61,569 bases of DNA from Clostridia bacterium. Lineage in GTDB: Bacteria; Bacillota; Clostridia; Christensenellales; CAG-1252. Below are positions 51,513-59,606 of the stretch, one piece after another (within the stretch, counting starts at the first letter, position 1; each line of letters begins with the position of its first letter). The notes below the pieces were generated by a model. That model was not told the origin of the DNA. It saw nothing but the letters and a program-made list of their open reading frames with translations, and did not search any database. The stretch spans positions 1 through 61,569 of the forward strand of contig JAGCXI010000057.1 of NCBI GenBank assembly GCA_017961365.1, read 5' to 3'. The position numbers were made by a program, and so were the translations under genes.

Positions 51513-53704
51513 TCGCACGCGTCATCGTAGACATATCCACGTCCGACGTTGATAAAGTGTTTGATTATATCATTCCGGAGTCCCTCGACTTGCACGTGGG
51601 CGATCGGGTGAAAGTGCCCTTCGGCAGACAAAAGACGGAGGGCTTTATTGTTGATATAAAAGAATCTACGGATTGCTCTCATCCGATGAAAGAGATCTCG
51701 GCGAAGCTGGATGATTTCACGCCTGTACTTCCCGAGATGATCGATCTTTTATGGAAGATGAGTCGAGAGAATAATCTCAGACTCGTGGACGTATTGCGCC
51801 TCTTTATTCCCGCGATGATGCGCGGTGGGCGCGTGCGCGAAGTGAAGAGGCAGTTCGTTACGCTGGCGGAGGGCGTCTCGTATGAGGAGGCGATCTCGAA
51901 ATTAAAAGCAAATGCCGTGAATCAAAGAGGCGTTCTTTCCCGTCTTTCGGAAGGCGGAGAATGGGCGGCTGTGCTTGGGGAAGAATTCGGTTTCTCGGCG
52001 GTTTCCGCATTGGCGGAAAAGGGGCTTGTCAAAGTCGAAGAACTTACGAAGCGGCGCAGACCGCATGTCGGTGCCATGCCGGACAAGGTCGTTACTTTAA
52101 GTGACGAGCAGCAAGCGGCTGTGGATGAGATCATGCGCGGGAAAAAGGATACGAACCTGCTTTTCGGCGTTACGGGCAGCGGAAAGACCGAGATCTATCT
52201 TGCTTGTATCGGCGAAGTCATCTCGGCAGGTAAGACGGCGATCATGCTTGTGCCCGAGATATCCTTGACGCCGCAGATGATGGGGCGCTTTCGCGCAAGG
52301 TTCGGAGATAAGGTCGCCGTTTTGCATAGCGGGCTGTCCGATGGGGAGCGTTATGACGAATGGCTTCGTCTCCTGCGTGGGGATGCGGTCATCGCAGTGG
52401 GCGCTCGCTCGGCGGTGTTCGCGCCGATCAAAAATGTAGGGATCATCATCATCGACGAAGAGCATGATAGCAGTTACGTCAGCGAGAATAATCCTCGTTA
52501 CGTGACCTCGGAAGTGGCGGAGTTCCGCCGCGCGTATAACGGCGCAAAGCTCGTTCTTGGCAGCGCGACCCCTTCTCTTGACACCTTTAAGAGCGCGTCG
52601 GAAGGGAAGATGGGCGTCATCACGTTGAAGCATCGTATCAATGGGACCAAGATGCCCAAGATCGAGATCGTGGATATGTGTGCCGAGATCAGAAACGGGA
52701 ATAACGGCATCTTGTCCGCGCGGCTTCTTGAAGCGATCGGTGTGACGCTCGAAAGCGGAAATCAAAGTATGATCTTCCTGAATCGACGTGGTTTCGCTTC
52801 CTTTATGATCTGCCGTAAATGCGGAAAGGTGATGAAATGCGACGACTGCGACGTTTCCCTTACTTGGCATAAGCAGGACAATCTTCTGAAATGTCATTAC
52901 TGCGGAAGACCGTATATCGTGCCGGACAGATGCCCCGATTGCGGGGAAAAGGAGATGCGTTTCGGCAGAGTGGGAACGGAGCGCATCGTGGAAGAACTTC
53001 AAGCGAGATTTCCTTCCGCCGTCCTCATTCGAATGGACAAGGACACGACGCGAAAGAAAGGGAGCTATGATGAGATATTGAGCGCTTTCCGTATGGGGGA
53101 AGCGGATATCCTCGTCGGCACGCAGATGATCGTGAAAGGACATGATTTTCCTAATGTGACCCTCGTTGGGATCCTCGATGCGGATATGAGCCTTTATTAT
53201 GAGGATTATCACAGCGCGGAACGCACGTATCAGCTCGTCACGCAAATGAGCGGCAGGGCGGGACGCGCGGATAAAGAAGGGATCGTCATCTTGCAAACCT
53301 ATTCGCCGAGGCATTATATCTTTTCTTTTGCAAAAGAGAATGATTATCTCGGCTTTTACAGGAAAGAGATCAACATTCGCGAAGTCACGAATTTCCCGCC
53401 TTTCACAAAGATCGTTCGCGTTCTCGTCGTGAGTGAGTCGGAAGAAAGAGCGCTCGAGCTTACGAAGTCGATGCTTGCAAAGGTGAGAAGCTATCAAAAA
53501 GAGCATCCGGAGCGCTTTGTGTCCGTAACGGGAATGAAATCTCCCGTGAAGCGCATCGAGAATAAATATCGTTATCAAATTTTGATGCGATTGACGAGAA
53601 AGGAAGAGCAAGAAACGCTTACGGCGGTCTATGACATCGTGAATGCGGAAGAAAAGAAGAATGCTTCGGTATTCGTGGAGATTAATCCGCAGAATATGAA
53701 CTGA
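51509..53704 (+). CDS. priA: Primosomal protein N' (replication restart helicase PriA)
   Basis: GVTGSGKTEIYL, IIIDEEHD, Cys-rich zinc-binding insert CRKCGKVMKCDDCDVSLTWH...CHYCG...CPDCG. Confidence 0.9.
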   Translation: MIARVIVDISTSDVDKVFDYIIPESLDLHVGDRVKVPFGRQKTEGFIVDIKESTDCSHPMKEISAKLDDFTPVLPEMIDLLWKMSRENNLRLVDVLRLFIPAMMRGGRVREVKRQFVTLAEGVSYEEAISKLKANAVNQRGVLSRLSEGGEWAAVLGEEFGFSAVSALAEKGLVKVEELTKRRRPHVGAMPDKVVTLSDEQQAAVDEIMRGKKDTNLLFGVTGSGKTEIYLACIGEVISAGKTAIMLVPEISLTPQMMGRFRARFGDKVAVLHSGLSDGERYDEWLRLLRGDAVIAVGARSAVFAPIKNVGIIIIDEEHDSSYVSENNPRYVTSEVAEFRRAYNGAKLVLGSATPSLDTFKSASEGKMGVITLKHRINGTKMPKIEIVDMCAEIRNGNNGILSARLLEAIGVTLESGNQSMIFLNRRGFASFMICRKCGKVMKCDDCDVSLTWHKQDNLLKCHYCGRPYIVPDRCPDCGEKEMRFGRVGTERIVEELQARFPSAVLIRMDKDTTRKKGSYDEILSAFRMGEADILVGTQMIVKGHDFPNVTLVGILDADMSLYYEDYHSAERTYQLVTQMSGRAGRADKEGIVILQTYSPRHYIFSFAKENDYLGFYRKEINIREVTNFPPFTKIVRVLVVSESEERALELTKSMLAKVRSYQKEHPERFVSVTGMKSPVKRIENKYRYQILMRLTRKEEQETLTAVYDIVNAEEKKNASVFVEINPQNMN

Positions 53705-53715
53705 AGGAGATAGAT

Positions 53716-54183
53716 ATGGCGATCAGAGATATAGTGAAAGACGGAGAACCTTTGCTGAGAAAGAAGTCTCGTCCCGTAGATAAATTCGACGGGAAACTCC
53801 ATGCCTTGCTCGACGATATGCTCGAGACGATGCGTATGGCGGACGGCGTAGGGATCGCCGCGCCGCAGGTCGGCATTTTGCGTCAAGCTGTTATTTGCGA
53901 ATTGGCAGCCCCGGAAGGGGAGGAAGGGGAGATCCTCGAGATGATCAATCCCGTCATCTTAAAAAAGAGCGGGAAGCAGATCGGCACGGAAGGATGTCTT
54001 TCCGTCCCCGGGAAACGTTGCGAAGTGTTGAGACCCGCTCGGATCACCGTGCGCTTTCAAGATCGCAACGGAGAGGAGATCACCCGCGATTTTGAGGACT
54101 TCAATGCCGTGGTCGCTTCGCATGAGATCGATCATCTCAGCGGCGTCCTCTTTTATGACAAAGAAGTCAAGAGCAAGAAATAA
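53716..54183 (+). CDS. def: Peptide deformylase
   Basis: GIAAPQVG, EGCLSVPG, HEIDHLSG. Confidence 0.9.
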   Translation: MAIRDIVKDGEPLLRKKSRPVDKFDGKLHALLDDMLETMRMADGVGIAAPQVGILRQAVICELAAPEGEEGEILEMINPVILKKSGKQIGTEGCLSVPGKRCEVLRPARITVRFQDRNGEEITRDFEDFNAVVASHEIDHLSGVLFYDKEVKSKK

Positions 54184-54195
54184 GGAAAAGAAGAA

Positions 54196-55110
54196 ATGAG
54201 GATCGTATTCTTGGGAACTCCCGATTTTGCATTGCCGTCACTTCGTGCGATACGCGCGACGCATCATGAGATCGTCGCGGTCATCACGCAGCCTGATAAG
54301 CCCGGAAATCGTCGGGTGATGACCCCTCCGCCCGTCAAGGTGGAAGCGGAAGCCATGGGTCTTCCCGTTTATCAATTTGCGTCTCTCCGCAAAGAAGGCG
54401 TTTCTTTGATCAAGGGCCTTGCACCCGATCTTATGGTGACGGCGGCTTTCGGACAGATCATTTCGCAAGAGATCCTTGATATTCCGAAATACGGGACGTT
54501 TAACGTGCACGGTTCGTTGCTCCCGAAATATCGCGGATCCAGTCCGATCCAACAATGTTTATTGAATGGGGACGAGGTAACGGGGGTTACGATCATGCGC
54601 ACGGCGCTTGCCGTGGACAGCGGAGATATTATCCTGAAAAAAGAGATTAAGATCGAGGCGGCGGATACCGCGGGTACGCTTTTTGATAAGATCGCAGATC
54701 TCGGTGCGGAGGCGATCATCGAAGCGATCGATCTTTTGGAAAAAGGCAAGATTTCTTATGCGCCTCAAGACCATAGTCAAGCGACTTTCTGTAAAATGAT
54801 ATCGAAATCCGACGCGTTGATCACGCGAGAAACGGACGCGCTGACGGCGCTTCGCAAAGTGCGCGCTTATGATCCTTGGCCGGTGGCGTTTGTCATGATC
54901 GGTGGGGAAAGGTTGCGCTTGTATAATGCGAAAGAGGCGACGCAAAAAGGAGAGGTCGGAACGTTTTACGAAGAGGGCGGAATGCTTTGCTTGAATCTTC
55001 AAGGCGGGGCGATCGCCGTTTCGGACGTGCAGGCGGAAGGAAAAAGAGTGATGACCGCCGGTGAATATCTGCTTGGTCATAAAGAGATATTGGATAAGAG
55101 CATCGAATGA
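54196..55110 (+). CDS. fmt: Methionyl-tRNA formyltransferase
   Basis: MRIVFLGTPDFALPSL, NVHGSLLPKYRGSSPIQ. Confidence 0.9.
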   Translation: MRIVFLGTPDFALPSLRAIRATHHEIVAVITQPDKPGNRRVMTPPPVKVEAEAMGLPVYQFASLRKEGVSLIKGLAPDLMVTAAFGQIISQEILDIPKYGTFNVHGSLLPKYRGSSPIQQCLLNGDEVTGVTIMRTALAVDSGDIILKKEIKIEAADTAGTLFDKIADLGAEAIIEAIDLLEKGKISYAPQDHSQATFCKMISKSDALITRETDALTALRKVRAYDPWPVAFVMIGGERLRLYNAKEATQKGEVGTFYEEGGMLCLNLQGGAIAVSDVQAEGKRVMTAGEYLLGHKEILDKSIE

Positions 55111-56327
55111 AGGGAGTCACGGAAGCCTATCGCGCCCTTTGCGACGTCTATATTCGCGGAAGCTATGTCGGAGAAGCTGTGAAAGCGCATTCGCTTTCCG
55201 CTTGCCCTGCCGCATTGCGTCTTGTCTATGGGACGATAGAGCATCATTATCTTTACGAATATAGGCTCGGGAAGCTTTCGGAAAAATCTCCGAAGACCGC
55301 AGTGGCGATCCTATTGAAGATGGGAATGTATCTCATCGATTTTATGGACGATATCCCGAATCAGGTGGCGGTGAATGAGATCGTTCGGACGGCGAAAAAT
55401 GCCGGGAAGGCGCAGCTTGCCGGGTTTATAAACGCAGTGCTTCGTCGGTACGCGGAAAGCGGAAAAGACATTTTGCCGACCGATGCGATCGAGCGGCTTT
55501 CCGTGGATTCGAACCGCCCGATTTGGCTGGTGAAGCGGTATATTGGCGAATGCGGAAAAGAAAAGGCGCTTGAGATCCTTTCTACGAAAGGGAGCGTAAA
55601 AACGCACGTTCGTCCCTCGAGGGCTTTCGGCAAAGATGCGCTTCGTCGTTACTTGGAAGAGAATGCGATCGAATTCGTCGAGACGCCTTATGGCTTCTTG
55701 CTTTCGAAAGTCGGACGTTTGGCTTCCCTATTCGGAGAGGGAAAGGCGACGGTCATGTCCCTCGGAAGCCTTGAAATATGCGACGCTGTTCCGGAGGTGA
55801 AAGGAGACATCCTTGATATGTGCGCTGCGCCGGGCGGGAAAGCGGTGTATCTCGCCGAGCGAACGGAGGGAAGGATCATTGCTTGCGATCTTCACCCGCA
55901 TAGGGTGGAGCTTATTCGCGCTTATGCGGAGAGGATGAAAGTGAGAAATATCGAGCTTCGAGTCGCGGATCATACGATATACGACCCCTCTTTGAAAGAG
56001 CGATTTTCTGTCGTCCTTTTGGACGCGCCTTGTTCCGGGCTCGGGACGCTCGCTTCGAATCCCGACGTGATCCTTCATCGGGCGGAAGCAGATCTCGACG
56101 AGATCATCCGCACGCAGAAAGCTTTGCTGGAGAATGCTTCGAAGTACATGAAAGAGGGCGGAACGCTCGTGTATTCCACTTGCTCTGATCTTCCTTCTGA
56201 AAATGAAGAAATGGTCAAAGACTTCCTTCTTTCTCATCCCGAAATGCGCTTGGCGCGGGAAAAAAGTATGAGAACGGACACATCGGGCGGCGAGGGGTAT
56301 TATTACGCCGTATTGGAGAAAAAATGA
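55107..56327 (+). CDS. rsmB: 16S rRNA (cytosine967-C5)-methyltransferase
   Basis: DMCAAPGGK, LLDAPCSGLG, TLVYSTCS. Confidence 0.85.
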   Translation: MKGVTEAYRALCDVYIRGSYVGEAVKAHSLSACPAALRLVYGTIEHHYLYEYRLGKLSEKSPKTAVAILLKMGMYLIDFMDDIPNQVAVNEIVRTAKNAGKAQLAGFINAVLRRYAESGKDILPTDAIERLSVDSNRPIWLVKRYIGECGKEKALEILSTKGSVKTHVRPSRAFGKDALRRYLEENAIEFVETPYGFLLSKVGRLASLFGEGKATVMSLGSLEICDAVPEVKGDILDMCAAPGGKAVYLAERTEGRIIACDLHPHRVELIRAYAERMKVRNIELRVADHTIYDPSLKERFSVVLLDAPCSGLGTLASNPDVILHRAEADLDEIIRTQKALLENASKYMKEGGTLVYSTCSDLPSENEEMVKDFLLSHPEMRLAREKSMRTDTSGGEGYYYAVLEKK

Positions 56328-57379
56328 AATTGCTTGCGGATCTGACTTTGTCCGAATTGAAAGAGCTGATGACGCTTTTCGGCGAGCGTTCTTTTCGCGC
56401 GGAGCAAATCTATCGCAACGTTCACGCGGGAAAAGAGATCGCCGAGATGTCGAACATCTCTTCCGCATTAAAAGATCGGATTCTCAAAGAGGGCTATGAA
56501 GCGACCGGCGTGCGCATCATCGAGCATTATACTTCAAAGATCGACGATACGGTGAAATTTCTTTATTCACTCGGCGACGGAAACGTGATAGAAGGCGTTC
56601 TTATGCGCTATAAATACGGAAACACTTTATGCGTTTCCACGCAGGTGGGATGCCGAATGAACTGCGCTTTTTGCGCGTCGGGACTCAACGGATTGAAGCG
56701 AAATCTCTCGGCGGGGGAAATCCTCGGAGAGGTCATCGCGGCAAACCTTTTCGACGGTGGCGATCTGAAGAGCAGAAAGATAACGAATATCGTCCTTATG
56801 GGAAGCGGAGAGCCTTTTGACAATTATGATAACGTGATGAAATTCCTTCGCCTCGTGAATTCGGAAGAAGGATTGAATATCAGTTATCGCAATATCTCGC
56901 TTTCGACATGCGGCTTGATCGACGCTTTCGATCGTTTTCTCGGCGAAGATATCCCCATCACGATGACCTTCTCATTGCATTCGCCGCGAGACGAGGTGCG
57001 TTCCCGTTTGATGCCTGTGAATCGGAAGTACGGTGTGGATCGTATCGTTGATGCGGCGAGACGATATTTCGAGAAGACAAAGAGACGCGTCGTTTTCGAG
57101 TATTCTCTCATTAAAGGAGAAAATGATACGGAGGAGGACGCCGCGTTGCTTATCAAAAAGCTGAAAGGCTTTCCTTGTATCGTGAACGTCATCGTCTTGA
57201 ATTACGTGCAAGAAAGAGGACTTCAAGGGACGTCGAGGAAAGACGCCTATCGATTCGTTTCTTTGCTGGAAAAAGGCGGTCTTTCCGCGACGGTACGGCG
57301 CAGCATGGGGACGGATATCGACGGCGCCTGCGGACAGCTGCGGGCGAAATATATCGCAGAGAAAAAGACAGAAGAATAG
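56324..57379 (+). CDS. rlmN: 23S rRNA/tRNA (adenine-C2)-methyltransferase RlmN (radical SAM)
   Basis: CVSTQVGCRMNCAFCASG, GSGEPFDN, C-terminal GACGQL. Confidence 0.9.
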   Translation: MKLLADLTLSELKELMTLFGERSFRAEQIYRNVHAGKEIAEMSNISSALKDRILKEGYEATGVRIIEHYTSKIDDTVKFLYSLGDGNVIEGVLMRYKYGNTLCVSTQVGCRMNCAFCASGLNGLKRNLSAGEILGEVIAANLFDGGDLKSRKITNIVLMGSGEPFDNYDNVMKFLRLVNSEEGLNISYRNISLSTCGLIDAFDRFLGEDIPITMTFSLHSPRDEVRSRLMPVNRKYGVDRIVDAARRYFEKTKRRVVFEYSLIKGENDTEEDAALLIKKLKGFPCIVNVIVLNYVQERGLQGTSRKDAYRFVSLLEKGGLSATVRRSMGTDIDGACGQLRAKYIAEKKTEE

Positions 57380-57391
57380 GAGGGTATTGCT

Positions 57392-58042
57392 ATGAATAAA
57401 TGTATGATCGCACCGTCGATCTTGTCGGGAGACTTCGCCAAGATGGGGGAGACGGTATCCAATGTCGAGAAATGGGGCGCGGATCTCGTGCATTGCGATG
57501 TCATGGACGGCGTATTCGTGCCGAATATCACTTTCGGTATGCCGATGGTCAAGGCGATCCGTCCTTATACGACGCTTCCTTTGGACGTCCATCTTATGAT
57601 CGTGGAGCCGGAAAAATACGTCGAGCGTTTTTGTGATGCGGGGGCGGATATCGTGACATTCCATCCCGAAGCGAGCAAAGATCCTCGCGCCGCGCTTGAA
57701 GCGATCAAGGCGAAAGGGAAGAAATGCGGACTTGTCGTAAATCCGGACAAAGACATTTCTCTCGTAAAAGATTATTTGGATATCGTAGACATGATCGTCT
57801 TGATGGGCGTCTTTCCCGGGTTCGGAGGGCAGTCCTATATCGAGAGCGTCTCCGATAATATCGCCCTCTTCGCGGAAGAGATCAAAAAAAGCGGAAGGAA
57901 TATCCTTTTGGAGCTCGACGGCGGCGTAACCGAGCAGAATGCGGCGAGATTTCGTGCGCTCGGAATCACCGTGCTTGTCGCGGGTAGCGCCACATTTAAG
58001 GCGGCTGATAAAGCAAAAGCCATTTCGGTCATGCGCGGATGA
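57392..58042 (+). CDS. rpe: Ribulose-phosphate 3-epimerase
   Basis: IAPSILSGDF, HCDVMDGVFVPNITFG, VNPGFGGQ-like GVFPGFGGQ. Confidence 0.9.
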   Translation: MNKCMIAPSILSGDFAKMGETVSNVEKWGADLVHCDVMDGVFVPNITFGMPMVKAIRPYTTLPLDVHLMIVEPEKYVERFCDAGADIVTFHPEASKDPRAALEAIKAKGKKCGLVVNPDKDISLVKDYLDIVDMIVLMGVFPGFGGQSYIESVSDNIALFAEEIKKSGRNILLELDGGVTEQNAARFRALGITVLVAGSATFKAADKAKAISVMRG

Positions 58043-58638
58043 AGAAAGCGGCGATCATTTTATCTCAGCCTTTTACGCGTTATCGCGGCGCGGATTTTGT
58101 GATCTGCGCGGACGCAGGCTATAAACGGGCGCTTGCGCTCGGCATAAAACCGGATCTCCTTGTCGGGGATATGGATAGTCTCGGGTACGAGCCGGAAAAT
58201 GTATCGGTATATCGCGTTCCGAATGAAAAGGACTTTTCGGACGGTGAACTCGCCGTGCGCCAAGCCGCATTGCGGAATCATTCTTCGATCGACATTTACG
58301 GCGGCGTGGGTGGCAGGATCGATCACACTTTGTACAATCTCCATCTTTTGAAACTTGCCGATTCGTTAGGCGTTAAAGCTGTTTTGCGAGGGGACGATTT
58401 CGACGTTTATTATACGCAGGGGAAGCTTTTGCTCGACGTCAAAGAAGGGGATACTCTCTCGATAGTACCTTTTTCGGATCGGACGCATATAATGAAAGCG
58501 AAAGGGCTTAAATACCCGGCTGACGGTGCAGTCCTCACAAAAAGCGATACTCTCGGTCTTTCAAATGTTTGTATGGAGAATAGCGTATACATCGTTCTTA
58601 AAGAGGGAAGCGCACTGATCGTTCATTATTACAGATAG
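58039..58638 (+). CDS. thiN: Thiamine pyrophosphokinase
   Basis: VGDMDSLG, KDFSDGELA, GGVGGRIDHTLYNL. Confidence 0.8.
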   Translation: MKKAAIILSQPFTRYRGADFVICADAGYKRALALGIKPDLLVGDMDSLGYEPENVSVYRVPNEKDFSDGELAVRQAALRNHSSIDIYGGVGGRIDHTLYNLHLLKLADSLGVKAVLRGDDFDVYYTQGKLLLDVKEGDTLSIVPFSDRTHIMKAKGLKYPADGAVLTKSDTLGLSNVCMENSVYIVLKEGSALIVHYYR

Positions 58639-58649
58639 GAGGTGCCGCC

Positions 58650-58724
58650 TTGAAAATCTATTGCTTTAATCCGCCGTTTTTCGTGAAGGTGATTTTGAGA
58701 TTCTTTTGCTCCAAGAATAAATAA
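58650..58724 (+). CDS. spoVM: Candidate small sporulation protein SpoVM-like (24 aa, TTG start)
   Basis: GGAGGTG RBS 7 nt before the TTG. Peptide MKIYCFNPPFFVKVILRFFCSKNK versus B. subtilis SpoVM as I recall it (MKFYTIKLPKFLGGIVRAMLGSFRKD). Same syntenic slot as I remember for spoVM (thiN-spoVM-rpmB). A hairpin terminator follows. It is below the ORF-track size cutoff. Confidence 0.4.
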   Translation: MKIYCFNPPFFVKVILRFFCSKNK

Positions 58725-58780
58725 AAGAAGAGAAGGAGAATGTGAGGTTTTGCTCGTAAGATCAAAAACAGGAAGGAAAG

Positions 58781-58810
58781 AAGAAGTCGGCATTGCGCCG
58801 ACTTCTTTTC
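58781..58810 (+). terminator. Hairpin terminator for thiN / micro-ORF transcript
   Basis: AAGAAGTCGGC-attgc-GCCGACTTCTT followed by a short T tract. Confidence 0.55.
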
Positions 58811-58813
58811 GCT

Positions 58814-58839
58814 AAAAAAAATCCTCGCAAAAGCGAGGA
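58814..58839 (-). terminator. Rho-independent terminator of rpmB
   Basis: On the - strand: TCCTCGC-tttt-GCGAGGA followed by T8. Confidence 0.8.
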
Positions 58840-58862
58840 AATCTTTGAATGTATCTTATAAA

Positions 58863-59060
58863 TCAGTTCGCCTTTCTCTGCACTGCGCCGCTTCTCAAGC
58901 ATCTCGTGCATACGTACTTTTTGGAAACGGTACCCTTCTCGTCGACGACGGAAACTTTCTGGATATTCGCGTTCCAATGAGTCGGGGCTTTACGATTACT
59001 GTGGCTGACGGTATTTCCGCTCATTTTTCCTTTACCGCAAACGCTGCAAACTCTCGACAT
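58863..59060 (-). CDS. rpmB: 50S ribosomal protein L28
   Basis: MSRVCSVCGKGKMSGNTVSHSNRKAPTHWNANIQKV. GGGAGG RBS upstream of the internal Met; the track start at 59096 was rejected. Confidence 0.9.
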   Translation of the reverse strand: MSRVCSVCGKGKMSGNTVSHSNRKAPTHWNANIQKVSVVDEKGTVSKKYVCTRCLRSGAVQRKAN

Positions 59061-59131
59061 ATCTCTATTACCTCCCGTAACGTGTATCTCATCCATGCGT
59101 CCGACGACTTGCGTCGGAACATAACTTAATC

Positions 59132-59160
59132 AATATAACACGATTTTTTTTACTTGGCAA
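59132..59160 (-). promoter_or_regulatory. Sigma-70-type promoter for rpmB
   Basis: On the - strand: TTGCCA, 17-nt spacer, TATATT. The 5' UTR contains a 7-bp hairpin (59100-59118). Confidence 0.5.
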
Positions 59161-59176
59161 CCGTTTTTATGTAATT

Positions 59177-59205
59177 TTGAAAATTACTTGCAAAGAGGCT
59201 ATAAT
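59177..59205 (+). promoter_or_regulatory. Sigma-70-type promoter for asp23-yloV
   Basis: TTGAAA (59177-59182), 17-nt spacer, TATAAT (59200-59205). Confidence 0.6.
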
Positions 59206-59249
59206 AATAGTATCATATAGCTATAAATTTTATAGATGCGGAGAGGTGT

Positions 59250-59600
59250 ATGGCGGTAACGACTTCCAATAAATACGGGAAGATCACGGTCTCGGACGAG
59301 GCTGTGGCGATGTGCGCTTATCATGCGGCATCGGAGTGTTACGGCGTGGCGGAGCTCGTGTCGAAGGGTTTTAGAAAATCCATCACCTCGTTTTTCGGAA
59401 AGAACAAGCATGCGGTCGGAATACGTGTAAAGACACTCGATAATAAAATATTTATCGAAATATGGGCATGCTTGAAAGAGGGCGTGCAACCAGACGCGGT
59501 GACGGAGTCCCTTCGTTCCGTCGTTTCGTATTCCGTGGAGTCATTCACGGGGATGCGCGTTATCGATGTGAAAGTGAATGTTGTCGGGACGAAGGAATAA
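59250..59600 (+). CDS. Asp23/Gls24-family (alkaline shock) protein YloU-like
   Basis: GKITVSDEAVAMCAYHAASECYGV, 116 aa, upstream of the DAK2 gene as in Bacillus yloU-yloV. Confidence 0.8.
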   Translation: MAVTTSNKYGKITVSDEAVAMCAYHAASECYGVAELVSKGFRKSITSFFGKNKHAVGIRVKTLDNKIFIEIWACLKEGVQPDAVTESLRSVVSYSVESFTGMRVIDVKVNVVGTKE

Positions 59601-59606
59601 AAGTGT

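Noticed and set aside
52097-53611. 504-aa minus-strand ORF antisense to priA
   Set aside because: Mirror frame (52097 and 51509 are both 2 mod 3).
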